Assembly (NCBI RefSeq): GCF_001194135.2 | Contig: NC_068991.1 | Span: 63,183,933-63,218,505 of the forward strand | DNA: 34,573 nt | Reading direction: 5' to 3' | DNA from: Octopus bimaculoides | Taxonomy: Eukaryota | Part shown: positions 1 to 11,733 of the stretch, piece after piece | Layout: every line of letters starts with the position of its first letter | Position numbering within the stretch: the first letter of the stretch is position 1 | Notes under the pieces: model-generated | Databases searched by the model: none | What the model was told of the DNA's origin: nothing | The model's input: only the letters and a program-made list of their open reading frames with translations | Made by a program: the position numbers and the translations under genes

Positions 1-189
1 ATGTAAGTGTGTATGTATCTATGTTTGCATATTTGTATGTACGTGCGTCTGTACGCGTGCATGTGTGTGTAAGTGCGTGTGTGTGTAAGTGCGTGTATGT
101 GTAAGTGCGTGTGTGTGTGGGAATAACATGAATGTATATACGTATTTTATAATATAAACGTATTTATAAATGCACATATATATTTACAT

Positions 190-239
<50 letters not shown>

Positions 240-240
240 T

Positions 241-283
<43 letters not shown>

Positions 284-430
284 CTATATATATATATATA
301 TATATAATCAACATATATATATATGTATTATGAATGTAAGTAGGTATGTAATTATATTCATATATATATATGTATGTATGTATATGTATATATATATATA
401 TATATATACACGTTTACACATATCTCCTAG
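1..430. repeat. Compound (TG)/(CA)/(TA)/(TATG) microsatellite tract
   Basis: Visible di- and tetranucleotide runs; ORF 308..526 is an artefact of them. Confidence 0.95.
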
Positions 431-913
431 CTGAGAGACCAGGCACATACTAATATAAAACATATAAAATATACTGTTGCATCGCCTTTTATATAATGTA
501 AAGACATCGATAAAGAAAACATTCATGAATTTACATGACCATTCAGATAATCATCATATAAAACAACCAAAATAAATACGGAATAAGATAAATCATCATA
601 ACGTACGCCATTTTGAAAATAGCGGACGTTCAAAGTTGTTAAATATAACAAATCAGAAACGAAGTGAAGGTCAACACAGAAATTGTCCACATAGCCAATG
701 TGGAATCATGCAAGAAACGAATTTCTTATATATTAAGTAGTAAAATGTATTAGTTTATTGTGATCTTGTGCGAAAATTTTGAAGTGAATGACTATTGTAT
801 AATGGTAGCCACAGCAGCAGTACAGCGGTAACAGCAGCAGCACAATTATGTGTTAAAGATTAACTTTCTACCCAGCAATTTTTATGGTTTTAGGCTCAAG
901 CATCGTTGTGAAG

Positions 914-1055
914 TTAAAGAAGCTCGCTTTTACAACCTGGTGGCTTCGGGTTCAGCTTCAGTGTGAGACACCTTAGTCTAGTAACTTCTCTTATTGCCTC
1001 GACCCCATCCAATGCCTTGTGAGTGAATTTGGTAGACGTGCGGAACGCTGTAACA
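914..1055 (+). mobile_element. Degenerate 5' half of SINE family A (tRNA head plus CORE-like block)
   Basis: ggttcagc...gacaccttag...ccttgtgagtgaatttggtagacg matches the intact head at 34387-34555; followed by a microsatellite as in other copies. Confidence 0.8.
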
Positions 1056-1079
1056 TGCATACATACATACATATGTATG

Positions 1080-1120
<41 letters not shown>

Positions 1121-1168
1121 NNNNNNNNNNNNNNNNNNNNNNNTATGTATGTATGTATATATATATAT

Positions 1169-1243
<75 letters not shown>

Positions 1244-1336
1244 CATACACACACACACACATATATATATATGCATATGTATATAGGTATGTGTGCATAT
1301 ATTATACATACATGCATGCATACATACATACATACA

Positions 1337-1368
<32 letters not shown>

Positions 1369-1381
1369 CACACATACACAT

Positions 1382-1663
1382 ATCTGCCCTGCAGATATAA
1401 ATATCTCTTTGAAAATCCAAGAAAAAGAGGATTTCTATTGACAACTGCTTCGAAACCTCCAGCTTCTATATCTGGACTATGAATTCCTATTCATACCAAT
1501 AATAATTGGAGCACTAGATTTCGTTAGTGAATGCTCAAAGGAAAATCTGATTAAACTTGGACTTACAGAAAGAGAAATCGATCAGCTAATTCGTACATTA
1601 CAAGTGCAATCTGTGAGTGGAACAGTAAAAATATGCAAGACTTTTCTCAAGTTCCAAATGTGA
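1382..1663 (+). mobile_element. C-terminal restriction-like endonuclease (RLE) fragment of an R4/Dong-type non-LTR retrotransposon, pseudogenised
   Basis: Reading through the stop at 1439-1441 gives ICPADINISLKIQEKEDFY*QLLRNLQLLYLDYEFLFIPIIIGALDFVSECSKENLIKLGLTEREIDQLIRTLQVQSVSGTVKICKTFLKFQM*, with the P.D.N...K..EK...Y..L and IPIIIGALG-like motifs; a putative 3' UTR to ~1765 ends in TAA-like sequence. Confidence 0.8.
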
Positions 1664-1789
1664 ATTTGTCTGTGTTAACTACATCCCAAAGATGGAAGCT
1701 TGTATCTTTGTTGGAAACTGGCTCCCTCCTCATTGGAAGATTTATAATAATTAAAAAATAGAAGAAGAGACATACATACATGTGTGTGA

Positions 1790-2075
1790 GTGTTTGTTTG
1801 TTCTCCCACCACCACGCCACTTGACAACGGGTGTTGATATGCTTATACCCCCGTAAGTTAGCGGTTCGGCATAAAACATCGATAGAATAAATACCTGACT
1901 TAAAAACATAAGTACTAGTGTCGTAGCCCGGTACTTCTTTTATCGGTTTGCTTTTCACCGAACCGCTAAGTTACGGGGAGGTAAACACACCAACACCGGT
2001 TGTCAAGCTGTGGTGGGGGACAAATACACACATACATATTTAGTAGCAGAGCCCCAACATGGCTGCAGTCAGACA
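1790..2075 (+). mobile_element. SINE A 3' body interrupted by an opposite-orientation SINE A fragment (~1928-2040)
   Basis: cttgacaac...cccgtaagttagcggttcggc (+), then ccgaaccgctaagttacgggg...gttgtcaag (-), then ccccaacatggctgcagtc resumes the + copy. Confidence 0.8.
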
Positions 2076-2985
2076 GCTCACTTCGATATAACATTAAACA
2101 CAACTCGATACTTATCTCTCTATCTGTTTTTCTATACATTAAAATGAACTATCTCACCAACTCTCTGTCTAAATATTTGTATATCAATTTGTATATTTAT
2201 GCAAATCTGCCCAGCCGTATTTACAATGCGATTTCAAATATAATCCATTAACTTATTACAAAACCATAATAAATACGGGAGAACCGTCGTATTGAAAAAA
2301 TGTAGTAAATACATTATGAATATAATACATAAGACAGCTTAAGTGCAAATGTTTAGAGCGTTGTCTATGCAAGTATTCTATATTAATAAAAGCGAAATTC
2401 TCTCTGTCCGTCTGGGACCCCTGTGTCCCAGTCTACATTTGCTCTACATAGACACATTATGTGGTTTTTGGAATGAGGATGATCCCCGGATTGATAATCT
2501 GCTCATCATTTGGTTCTTGAACATCCAGCATTGGGATCTGATTTAGAAACCTTTTGGGTTGCTATTTCTAGCAGGTAAAGCTTGGCTGATTCACGGCACC
2601 TTACTTGGCGTTTGTCAGATGACGTCAGAGATCAAGGAGTGGGGGGACACTCGCTTCGTTAATTTTACGTCGAGTAAGAACTTTGGGACAAATTGACCAA
2701 CAGTTGGAATTCGACTTGGGACTGAAACAATAGAATGATTGGATTACATAATTAATTCTCATCTGTCCTTAACCTCTGATTAAACACCACCGGGGCATAT
2801 AGTCATTATAGACGTATTATAGTCATGCTATTCAATTTTCCTTAGTTTCGGGCCACAAGCTTAATAAGCCTTCCGCAGGAGCCGGCTTAAAAGTCCGCAC
2901 AGAGTGCGGACTTTTAAGTTAGCATAATACAATACACAAACGCCCCTAAACCCCGCAAAACAAATAAAAAGCGTTGGTTTAGAAA

Positions 2986-3380
2986 AGAGGGTCTCAACCA
3001 TTTTTTACGTGTGGACCCCTTTGATTAATATTTTATTCTGCTGGACACCGCCTCATAGCCATTCGATGTTTAAAAACTAGCTTTATAGAAACGGCGGCGA
3101 GCTGGCAGAAACGTTAACACGCCAGGCGAAATGCTTAGCGGTATTTCGTCTGCCGTTACGTTCTGAGTTCAAATTCCGTCGAAGTCGACTTTGCCTTTCA
3201 TCCTTCCGCGGTCGATAAATTAAATACCAGTTACGCACTGGGTCGATGTAATCAACTTTATCCTTGTTTATCCCATCTATGTTTAGCCCCTTGTGGACAA
3301 TAAAGAAATAAGAAACGTCTTTCAAAATTCCTAATTTGTTCTTCACACATTAACTTGTGACGGTTGAACTATGTAAATCG
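2986..3380 (+). mobile_element. hAT-like MITE fragment interrupted by a SINE B
   Basis: Starts agagggtctcaaccatttttt..ggacccc, resembling CAGGGGTCTCAACC-type hAT termini; the downstream end (~3380) is approximate. Confidence 0.45.
3093..3310 (+). mobile_element. SINE family B (B1 tail type), near full length
   Basis: Head ggcggcgagctggcagaa, B-box gagttcaaattcc, central gtcgactttgcctttcatcc, tail aataaagaaata; AGAAAC direct repeat at 3087-3092 and 3311-3316. Confidence 0.9.
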
Positions 3381-3384
3381 TTAT

Positions 3385-3480
3385 CTTTTATCACGTGTTT
3401 CACTCATTGGACTGTAGTCATGCTGGGGTACCGCCTTGAAAATGTTTTAGCAGACTAAATAGACCCCAGTACTTAAATTT
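3385..3480 (-). mobile_element. SINE A 3' end remnant
   Basis: tcattggactgtagtcatgctggggtaccgccttgaa matches the reverse complement of the SINE A terminus. Confidence 0.7.
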
Positions 3481-3589
3481 GAATCCCGCTATCTACATGT
3501 AACAGTTTATTATCAGTAATATTCACCTGCAATAAGAAACTCTCCACTACATCCAACTAAATCATTATTTTATTAATTAAAAAGTATAT

Positions 3590-3790
3590 ATTAGCGGCAG
3601 AGGCAATATTAATACAAAGAGGTAAGATTTAGCCCCACTTAAACGTGGAAGTTCCGTTAGAACAAGTTATACTGCGGTTGATACCACGAGAGAAGCCAAT
3701 ATTAGAGTTTCTTTCATGATATCTACCGCAGTATAGTTTGTTCGAACAGATCATCTACGTTTAAGTGGGGATAAATATTTGATTAATGTA
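3590..3790. mobile_element. Fold-back MITE-like element
   Basis: Arms 3627-3678 and 3725-3776 are reverse complements (44/52 by manual count); the left end resembles 11713-11785. Confidence 0.7.
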
Positions 3791-4029
3791 AAGATGTCAC
3801 AGAAACAGAAACTATTGAATATCGAACAAAATAAATTGAGATAATCGGTTGAATCCCATTGGATTATAAGTTCCATTTTCACCGAGGTCGACATTACCTT
3901 TCCTACTTCAGAGATCGATATTAAAAAAAAAAATTGAACCATTCAAACACTACTGTCGATAGACTTGTCTGTTCTTGTTATCCTAAAAGCTTAATCGGTT
4001 TGTGGATACATTAAGAATCTATGTAAAAG

Positions 4030-4205
4030 TTTAAGGCTGCGAAACGTTCGGCTTGGCAGGCAAAATGCTTAGTAATATTTCCTCCGGTTCTTTATACGCT
4101 GATTTAAAATTTCACCGAGGTTAACTTTGCTTTTCATCCCTTCGGGGTCGTTGTAATCGATTTGTCCCCTCCCACTAAAATTCCTGGCCTTGGGACAAAA
4201 TTTGT
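4030..4205 (+). mobile_element. Diverged SINE B between two related ~190-bp degenerate repeats (3835-4025, 4240-4430)
   Basis: aaatgcttag...caccgaggttaactttgcttttcatcccttcggggtcg; the flanking blocks share ggttgaa.ccc.ttggatt, gtcgac.ttacctt, cagagatcgatat, caaacact.ctgtcgatag. Confidence 0.6.
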
Positions 4206-4827
4206 TACAGAGGCAGGCACTAGAGAGTATCGAGAACAATGAAGGAGATACGTATTTGGTTGAACCCCTTTGGATTGTAAACCGACGTCGACTTTACCTT
4301 TATATTCCAGAGATCGATATAAAAAATAAAGAAAAAAACCTATCAATCAAACACTGCTGTCGATAGAATCTACTATTCTCTATACCCTCAAAAATTTATT
4401 GATTTGGTGTACGTTAAAAATCGATATATAAGATTGCTTTCTCTCTCTCTCTCTTTCGTTCTCTGTCTCTCTGTCTATTTGTCTATCTCTCTCATTCTCC
4501 TTCTCTTCACCCGGCTAAATGTGTGACTTGGTGCATAAATTAGAATTCAATATTTAGTCCAAAGTTCGACTCGCATCGATGTTGATTTTTGCTTTTCATT
4601 CTTTTAATTTCTTATTTTTTTTAAGGTTCAATAGAATATATATACAATTCTTTTTTTTTTTGTATTTTTCACACACACACACACATGCACACACACGCAC
4701 ATACATACATGTATGCACCCTCTCTCAGACACATACTCTCTCTCGTACACGCACACACACGTGCGCACTCTCACACTCACGTACATGCAGATATGTGCCT
4801 GAGTAAGGCCGCCTTAAAAGTATTATA

Positions 4828-5128
4828 GGCTCCCGCGGAAATCAATACACAGGGCCCCACAGTATCTATTTATTGACAGCAAGTCAGAACATCCATAGAT
4901 GAGAATTGGGCCACTAAATCCGTGACCACGCCTTCCTCCTGGAAAATCATTGCATAGAGCCCTATAGTATATATTTATTACGACCAAGTCAGAGCATCTA
5001 TAGATCAGAAATGGGTTCCTAGATCCGTGAGGCTCCCGTGAAAATCATTGCACAGAGCCCTATAGCATTTATTTATTGACAGCAAGCCAGAACATCCATA
5101 GATCAGACCTGGGCCTCTAGACCAGTGA
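4828..5128. repeat. Three tandem diverged ~100-bp units
   Basis: Units 4828-4925, 4926-5030, 5031-5128 share gaaatca, gccc, tatttatt, caag.caga.catc.atagat.aga and end in gtga. Confidence 0.85.
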
Positions 5129-5158
5129 GAACCCTGGTGTCTAATGCCCTCAGACGAT

Positions 5159-5542
5159 TGTTGTTGGCACTCCGTCGCTTACGACGTCGAGGGTTCCAGT
5201 TCATCCGATCAACGGAACAGCCTGCTCGTGAAATTAACGTGCAAGTGGCTGAGCACTCCACAGACACGTGTACCCTTAACGTAGTTCTCGGGGAGATTCA
5301 GCGTGACACAGTGTGACAAGGCTGACCCTTTGAATTACAGGCACAACAGAAACAGGAAGTAAGAGTGAGAGAAAGTTGTGGTGAAAGAGTACAGCAGGGT
5401 TCGCTACCATCCCATGCCGGAGCCTTGTGGAACTTAAGGTGTTTTCGCTCAATAAACACTCACAACGCACGTCTGGGAATCGAAACCACGATCCTACGAC
5501 CGCGAGTCCGCTGCCCTAACCACTAGGCCATTGCGCCTCCAC
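5159..5542 (-). mobile_element. tRNA-derived SINE family C, full length
   Basis: Minus strand begins gtggaggcgcaatggcctagtggttag (A-box) and ggtttcgattcc (B-box-like), ends in (ACA)n; TSD CAGACGAT at 5151-5158 and 5548-5555. Confidence 0.9.
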
Positions 5543-5929
5543 TCCCGCAGACGATACAGCGTCTGAATATGAATGAAAATGTGTGCGTGCGAGTGTGTGT
5601 TGTGTGTTGAATGTATATTGTGTGATGTATGCGCGTGGTGTGTGATGTATGTGTGTGCTTGACATAAACACTGTCGGTTAGAGTAAAATGAAAAACAAGA
5701 CCGATGTTATGCCACAAAGATAATTTACCACAGTCTGATAAAATAATAATACCTGACGGAAATAAGTAGTGAAATCGATATGATCGATTAAAATCCTTTG
5801 AAGTCCGTGCTCCAGCTCGGTCGCACTCCTGTGATTGAAATCAGTTTAAACAATAATATATTCAGACAGTATTTCATACAAGGCCAACACAGCAATGTTT
5901 AAAATCGATTGCAGTGGCAAAATATTACA

Positions 5930-6390
5930 CACTACACACCACGTACAAACACAGACAAACACGCACACGCAAACATATACACACATACACATACACATAC
6001 AGAAATACTCGCGAACGCGTATGTATAACACTACGTGTGTGGGCTTGTGTCTATAAACATATATACACAGAGAGAGGTTGGGAGGAGGAAGTGTCAGACA
6101 GACAGGCAGACAGACAGATAGATAGATAGATAAACAGACAGACAGACAAACAGACAGACAGGCAGACAGACTGACAGACAGAGAGAAAGAGAGAGGGGGA
6201 GAGTGATATAGATAGATAAATAGACAGAAAGACAGACAGATCGACAGATAGACAGACAGACAGACAAACAGACAGATAGACAAACAGACAGATAGATAGA
6301 TAGATAGATTGAAACATAGCTGTTTCTGGGAGTAGGGCAATAGTGCGAACCAGACAAATAGAGAGAAAGAAAGAGCAAAAGAGACGAAGT
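5930..6390. repeat. (CA)/(GACA)/(GATA)/(GA) compound microsatellite
   Basis: Visible; explains ORFs 5846..6440. Confidence 0.9.
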
Positions 6391-6754
6391 AAAAGAGTTA
6401 ATATGAGAAAGGTTGTTTTATTGTCTTCTTGACATGTCATTTTACAAACTATTTTATTGATTAGCTGTCATTGATCAATACGCTATTATATTTTCAATAT
6501 TACACTCGAATCGATACAATGATGTAATGAATGTTATTGTCAATATTAAGGCATAATCGATATTTATTGTATAACCGATGGCTTTTGGGGCACACCCTCC
6601 CCAGATCCGTACTCGCACTTGTTCTCGCATATTCTTTAATTACTTAGGGTTTTTGCTTGGTTTTCTTTACTTTTCTTCTTTTACCATCACGGCAACGGCC
6701 ACAATGGAGTCATACCTTCCAAGCTGAATATCTTGTGCGCTTTGGGTCGATACT

Positions 6755-7142
6755 GTTGTTGTTGGCACTCCGTCACTTACGACGTCGAGGGTTCCAGTTG
6801 ATCCGATCAACGGAACAGCCTGCTCGTGAAATTAACGTGCAAGTGGTTGAGCACTCCACAGACACGTGTACCCTTAACGTAGCTCTCGGGGATATTCAGC
6901 GTGACACAGTGTGACAAGGCTGACCCTTTTGAATTACAGGCACAAAAGAAACAGGAAGTAAGAGTGAGAGAAAGTTGTGGTGGAAGAGTACAGCAGGGTT
7001 CGCCACCATCCCCTGCCGGAGCCCCGTGGAGCTTTAGGTGTTTCCGCTCAATAAACACTCACAACGCCCGGTTTGGGAATCGAAACCGCGATCCTATGAC
7101 CGCGAGTTCGCTGCCCTAACCACTGGGCTATTGCGCCTCCAC
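6755..7142 (-). mobile_element. tRNA-derived SINE family C, second full-length copy
   Basis: Highly similar to 5159-5542; TSD GGGTCGATACT at 6744-6754 and 7143-7153. Confidence 0.9.
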
Positions 7143-7344
7143 GGGTCGATACTATGTACTGTATATATTAACATATAAGACGCACTTCTTCAAATATATG
7201 TCTCAAAAATATCGCATCGGGTCCAAATATATATCGCAAAGATATTTTGATCCAAGACGCTCACTGTTCTCCGCTAATTTTAATCCAGACATTCTCTTCT
7301 ACAAAACCTGACTCCATTATAAAAACAATAATAAAAATCTTTTC

Positions 7345-7510
7345 TCTTGGGGATTACATCAGCATTGGTACTTGACTGGTGCTTATTTTATTGACCCCGA
7401 AAGCATTAAAGGTAAAGTCGATCCCAGTGGAGTTCGAAGGCAGAATATAACGGTGAACGAAATGACGATAAGCATTTTGTCTGGCGCGCTAACGGTTCTG
7501 CTAGCAACAC
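7345..7510 (-). mobile_element. Diverged SINE B
   Basis: ttattttattgaccccgaaag..taaaggtaaagtcgatc...taagcattttgtctggcgcgctaacg matches reverse SINE B. Confidence 0.7.
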
Positions 7511-7518
7511 GCTGTAAA

Positions 7519-7553
<35 letters not shown>

Positions 7554-7554
<1 letters not shown>

Positions 7555-7757
7555 CGTTTCTACTAAAGGCACAAGGCCTGAAATTTTGGGGGAGGGGACT
7601 AGTTGATTACACCGACCCTTGTGTTTCACTGGTACTTGATCTATCGAAGCCAAAAGGTAAATTCGACCTCGGTAGAATTTGAACTCAGAACGTAAAGACG
7701 AATGAAATACCGCTAAGCATTTTGCCCGCTTGCTAGCGATTCTGCCAGCTCGCCGCC

Positions 7758-7759
<2 letters not shown>
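7554..7759 (-). mobile_element. SINE B (B2 tail type) embedded in (TAA)n
   Basis: tttctactaaaggcacaaggcctgaaatttt...gccagctcgccgcctta with (TAA)n on both sides. Confidence 0.9.
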
Positions 7760-8270
<511 letters not shown>

Positions 8271-8567
8271 CTCTATCATAACTTTTGCATTTTGCGTCGG
8301 TAGTCGCGTATATTACTATTTCATCCTTCTTTAGAATCAACATTCTTGGATCCCATACCCTTTCAGGATATTGCTTGCTTTGTTCTGTACTCAACGTTAT
8401 CAGTTAGCTAAAAGGTTCCGTGCCGGTGTGATCACAATAAGCGGCTTTCACTGCATTAATTTGTTGCGTTGCAATTTGGAGCAGCCAGATCTCTAACCCT
8501 CTGACCACAACTTGCAGCATATCACATGTTACACAGGATCAATGAAGGAAGAGACAGACAAAGTGAA

Positions 8568-8601
<34 letters not shown>

Positions 8602-9744
8602 CGACAGACAGATAGACAGAGATCACGGGAAGAGGGTGGTGCAGGCTTCATGACCTCGACCCAAAACTGCAGTTGCCATTATTGTTGATCACAAAATCAA
8701 TATACCTGATGGACACTTCTTTGAGTGGGTGTACATAAACACATAAAAAGTAGATATACATAGATTGTACATACATGTGCGTGGTATAAATAGATAAATA
8801 AATAACACACACACATACACATATATATATATACACACGCACACACCCACACATAAATGCACACATGTCAATCGAAGAAAGTGGTACATGAAGGTAGACA
8901 ATACAGTTTCGGTTTATCTAAAAAAACATATTCGATCAATGACAATGCACAGTCGACAAGTAGTTGGGGGTATGATTTATAACTAACAGCATTTAATAAA
9001 CGGAATGGATTGACCTAACGTAATACAAAATTTTAAAAATATTTTCTTCTATATACATACGTACGCACACATATATATATACATACATACATACATACAT
9101 ACATACATACATACATAGATACATATTTATATATATATTTATATTTATATACTGAGGGTGATAAATTGAATATTAATTTAATTAATTTAAAACCAGTGGC
9201 TTAGCAGTGGTCATCTCTTCTTATACGCATGTAATACGTATATANNNNNNNNNNNNNNNNNNNNNNNNNNNNNNNNNNNNNNNNNNNNNNNNNNNNNNNN
9301 NNNNNNNNNNNNNNNNNNNNNNNNNNNNNNNNNNNNNNNNNNNNNNNNNNNNNNNNNNNNNNNNNNNNNNNNNNNNNNNNNNNNNNNNNNNNNNNNNNNN
9401 NNNNNNNNNNNNNNNNNNNNNNNNNNNNNNNNNNNNNNNNNNNNNNNNNNNNNNNNNNNNNNNNNNNNNNNNNNNNNNNNNNNNNNNNNNNNNNNNNNNN
9501 NNNNNNNNNNNNNNNNNNNNCATATAGATGTTCAGTTATAATAAAAACAACTTTACATTAATTCGAAGGAGTACTCAATACATTGGGTAGAGTACAAATT
9601 TATTATTCTTTCACAAGAATAGTATTGATAACGACCTCGACGTTTCGGCCAGCTAAGCCATTATTCTAAGTATAATTTTAACCATTATATATATTATTTC
9701 CTTCGAAAGAAATTTTTTTTTTTTTTTTTCCTGAAATACTTTGC

Positions 9745-9905
9745 CTAAATAGAAAAGGTATGGCTGTGTGGTTAAAAAGTTCGCTTTGCAACCACGTGTC
9801 TTCAGGTTTAGACCTACTGCGCATTTTGTACAATAACCCCGGTCAAACCAATATGTTGTGAATGAATTCGCTAGGTGGAAACTGTGTGGAATTACGTCTT
9901 ATATA
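9745..9905 (+). mobile_element. Diverged SINE A head
   Basis: tggctgtgtggttaaaaagttcgctttgcaaccacgtg...ttgtgaatgaatt...ggaaactg. Confidence 0.7.
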
Positions 9906-10130
9906 TGCAAACACAAAAAAGCTGGCAATCAATTATGATAACCAACAACAGTAACCAATTCTATATAACTGGTATCTAGATTGATTGATTATTTCACTAA
10001 TTGCACAGTATGATTGCACAGTATGTTTCTTCTAGCCAACCAAGGCGGGGATTTTGTCTGGTGGGGTTCTTATTCTCGGGGGTATTTTGTCCTAGTACCA
10101 TACATACATACATGCATACACACACACATT

Positions 10131-10159
<29 letters not shown>

Positions 10160-10163
<4 letters not shown>

Positions 10164-10510
10164 AGCTTCCCAACCACATGGTTCTGGGTTCAGCTCCACT
10201 GCGTGGTACCTAGCGCTTGTATCTTCGAGTACAGCCTCGGGCCGATTAAATCTTTGTGAGTGGATTTACGGAAACCGAAAGAAACCAGTCATATCGATGT
10301 GTGTGTCTGTCTTTGTGACTGTATTTATCCCTCACCACTTCTTGACAAACGGTGTGTTTATGTCCCCGTAACTTAGCGGTTCGGCAAAAGCGCCCGATAC
10401 AACAACTACCAGGCTTAAAAAGAAAAAAAAGTACTGAGTTCAATTCTCCAAGGTGATTACTCGAGCGTGGTCGCAGTCTAACGATTGAAGCGAATAAAAG
10501 AGAAGAAATA
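10160..10510 (+). mobile_element. SINE A, near full length
   Basis: cttcccaaccacatggttctgggttcagctccactgcgtgg...cccgtaacttagcggttcggc...gcagtctaacgattgaa. Confidence 0.85.
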
Positions 10511-10597
10511 TATAAGACTAAAATGTTTTGAGGGATGTCCAGAATNNNNNNNNNNAAGACTAAAATGTTTTGAGGGATGTCCAGAATACTATATGAA

Positions 10598-10814
10598 TCT
10601 TTTCTACTCTAAGCACAAGGACCGAAATTTTTGGGAGAGTAGGCCAGTCGATTTCATCGACCTCAGTACGCAACTGGTACTTAATTTATCGACCTCAAAA
10701 GGATGAAAGGCAAAGTCGACATCGGTGGAACTTGAACTCAGAACGTAAAGACAGACGAAATACTGCTAAGCATTTCGCCCGGCATGCTAACGATTCCGCC
10801 AGCTCGCCGCCTTA
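10598..10814 (-). mobile_element. SINE B2 with 15-bp TSD
   Basis: TSD AGAATACTATATGAA at 10583-10597 and 10815-10829. Confidence 0.92.
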
Positions 10815-11133
10815 AGAATACTATATGAAGAATAATAAGGTTAGTCAGAAGGAACTATTCCTTAGTTTATAAATAGATATGGAAAGAATAAAATAAAATA
10901 TTGACGTTTAAGATTTCGTGTAGCGCTTGCCACTCCTTGGCTTTCTACCGGTGCGAGCATTATCAAACGTTAGCCAATTCTTTACGATTCTAGTCACGTA
11001 TTTCATTTTATTGTATTTTATTTCGCATTATTTCATTCCATTTAATTACATTTCATGGGAAAATTTTAAAGGTTTTTCTATACCTGTATACAAGAATTCT
11101 TTTACTTCCTCAGCTTAGCATTATTCCATTTCA

Positions 11134-11360
11134 GGCGGCGAACTGGCTAAGGCGGCAAGCTTGCTGAATCGTTAGTGCGCCGGGCTGCATGCTTAGTGGT
11201 ATTTTACCCGTTGCTACGTTCTGAGTTCAAATACTGCCGAGGTCGACTTTACCTTTCATCCCCTGGGTCGATAATTTAAGTACCAGTTTAACATTGAGGT
11301 CGATGTAATCGACAAGTCTCCATCCCCCAAATTGCAGGCCTTTTGCCTGTGGTAGAAAAG
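11134..11360 (+). mobile_element. SINE B2 with 14-bp TSD and a duplicated 5' tip
   Basis: TSD ATTATTCCATTTCA at 11120-11133 and 11361-11374; the head reads ggcggcgaactggctaaggcggcaagc. Confidence 0.92.
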
Positions 11361-11554
11361 ATTATTCCATTTCAAACACTATGCAACAGATAAACATAAA
11401 GTTTCGACAAACCATTTACTCGACACGTACTGAACATAGCTATCTCCTTCAATTTAGTCAATTCAATTTTCGTACACATACACGGACCATGTGCATAAAA
11501 GCACACATGTTTATATAGCTGACAGACGAAAAACGTCTACTCCGGGCACCGGAA

Positions 11555-11600
11555 CTGCCAGACCATGTGATTTCGACGTGTCCCATCTCTTCAGTGATAG
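11555..11600 (-). ncRNA. Putative type I hammerhead ribozyme motif (copy 1)
   Basis: Minus strand: ctatca CTGAAGA gatg-ggaca-cgtc GAAA tcacatg GTC tggcag. Core intact, 4-bp stem II, short stem III, GUC triplet, stem I 5/6 paired. Confidence 0.6.
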
Positions 11601-11733
11601 ATATGCAGTTGTCGCATCCCAGCCAAATCTCACTGCTAGCGATATATGGAATTTGAGGGCCTATTCAGGCACTGATGTCACTAATAACTAGTAGGCTTGT
11701 TAAAAAATAACTATTAGCGGCCGAAGTGGCGTT

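Noticed and set aside
4828-5128. CRISPR-like periodicity
   Set aside because: Whole units are homologous with no unique spacers, the context is eukaryotic, and no cas genes are present.
5159-5542. tRNA genes suggested by A/B boxes in SINE heads
   Set aside because: No complete cloverleaf; the heads continue into SINE bodies with TSDs.
10516-10587. Perfect 32-bp direct repeat around a 10-N gap
   Set aside because: Typical unmerged contig overlap, an assembly artefact rather than biology or CRISPR.
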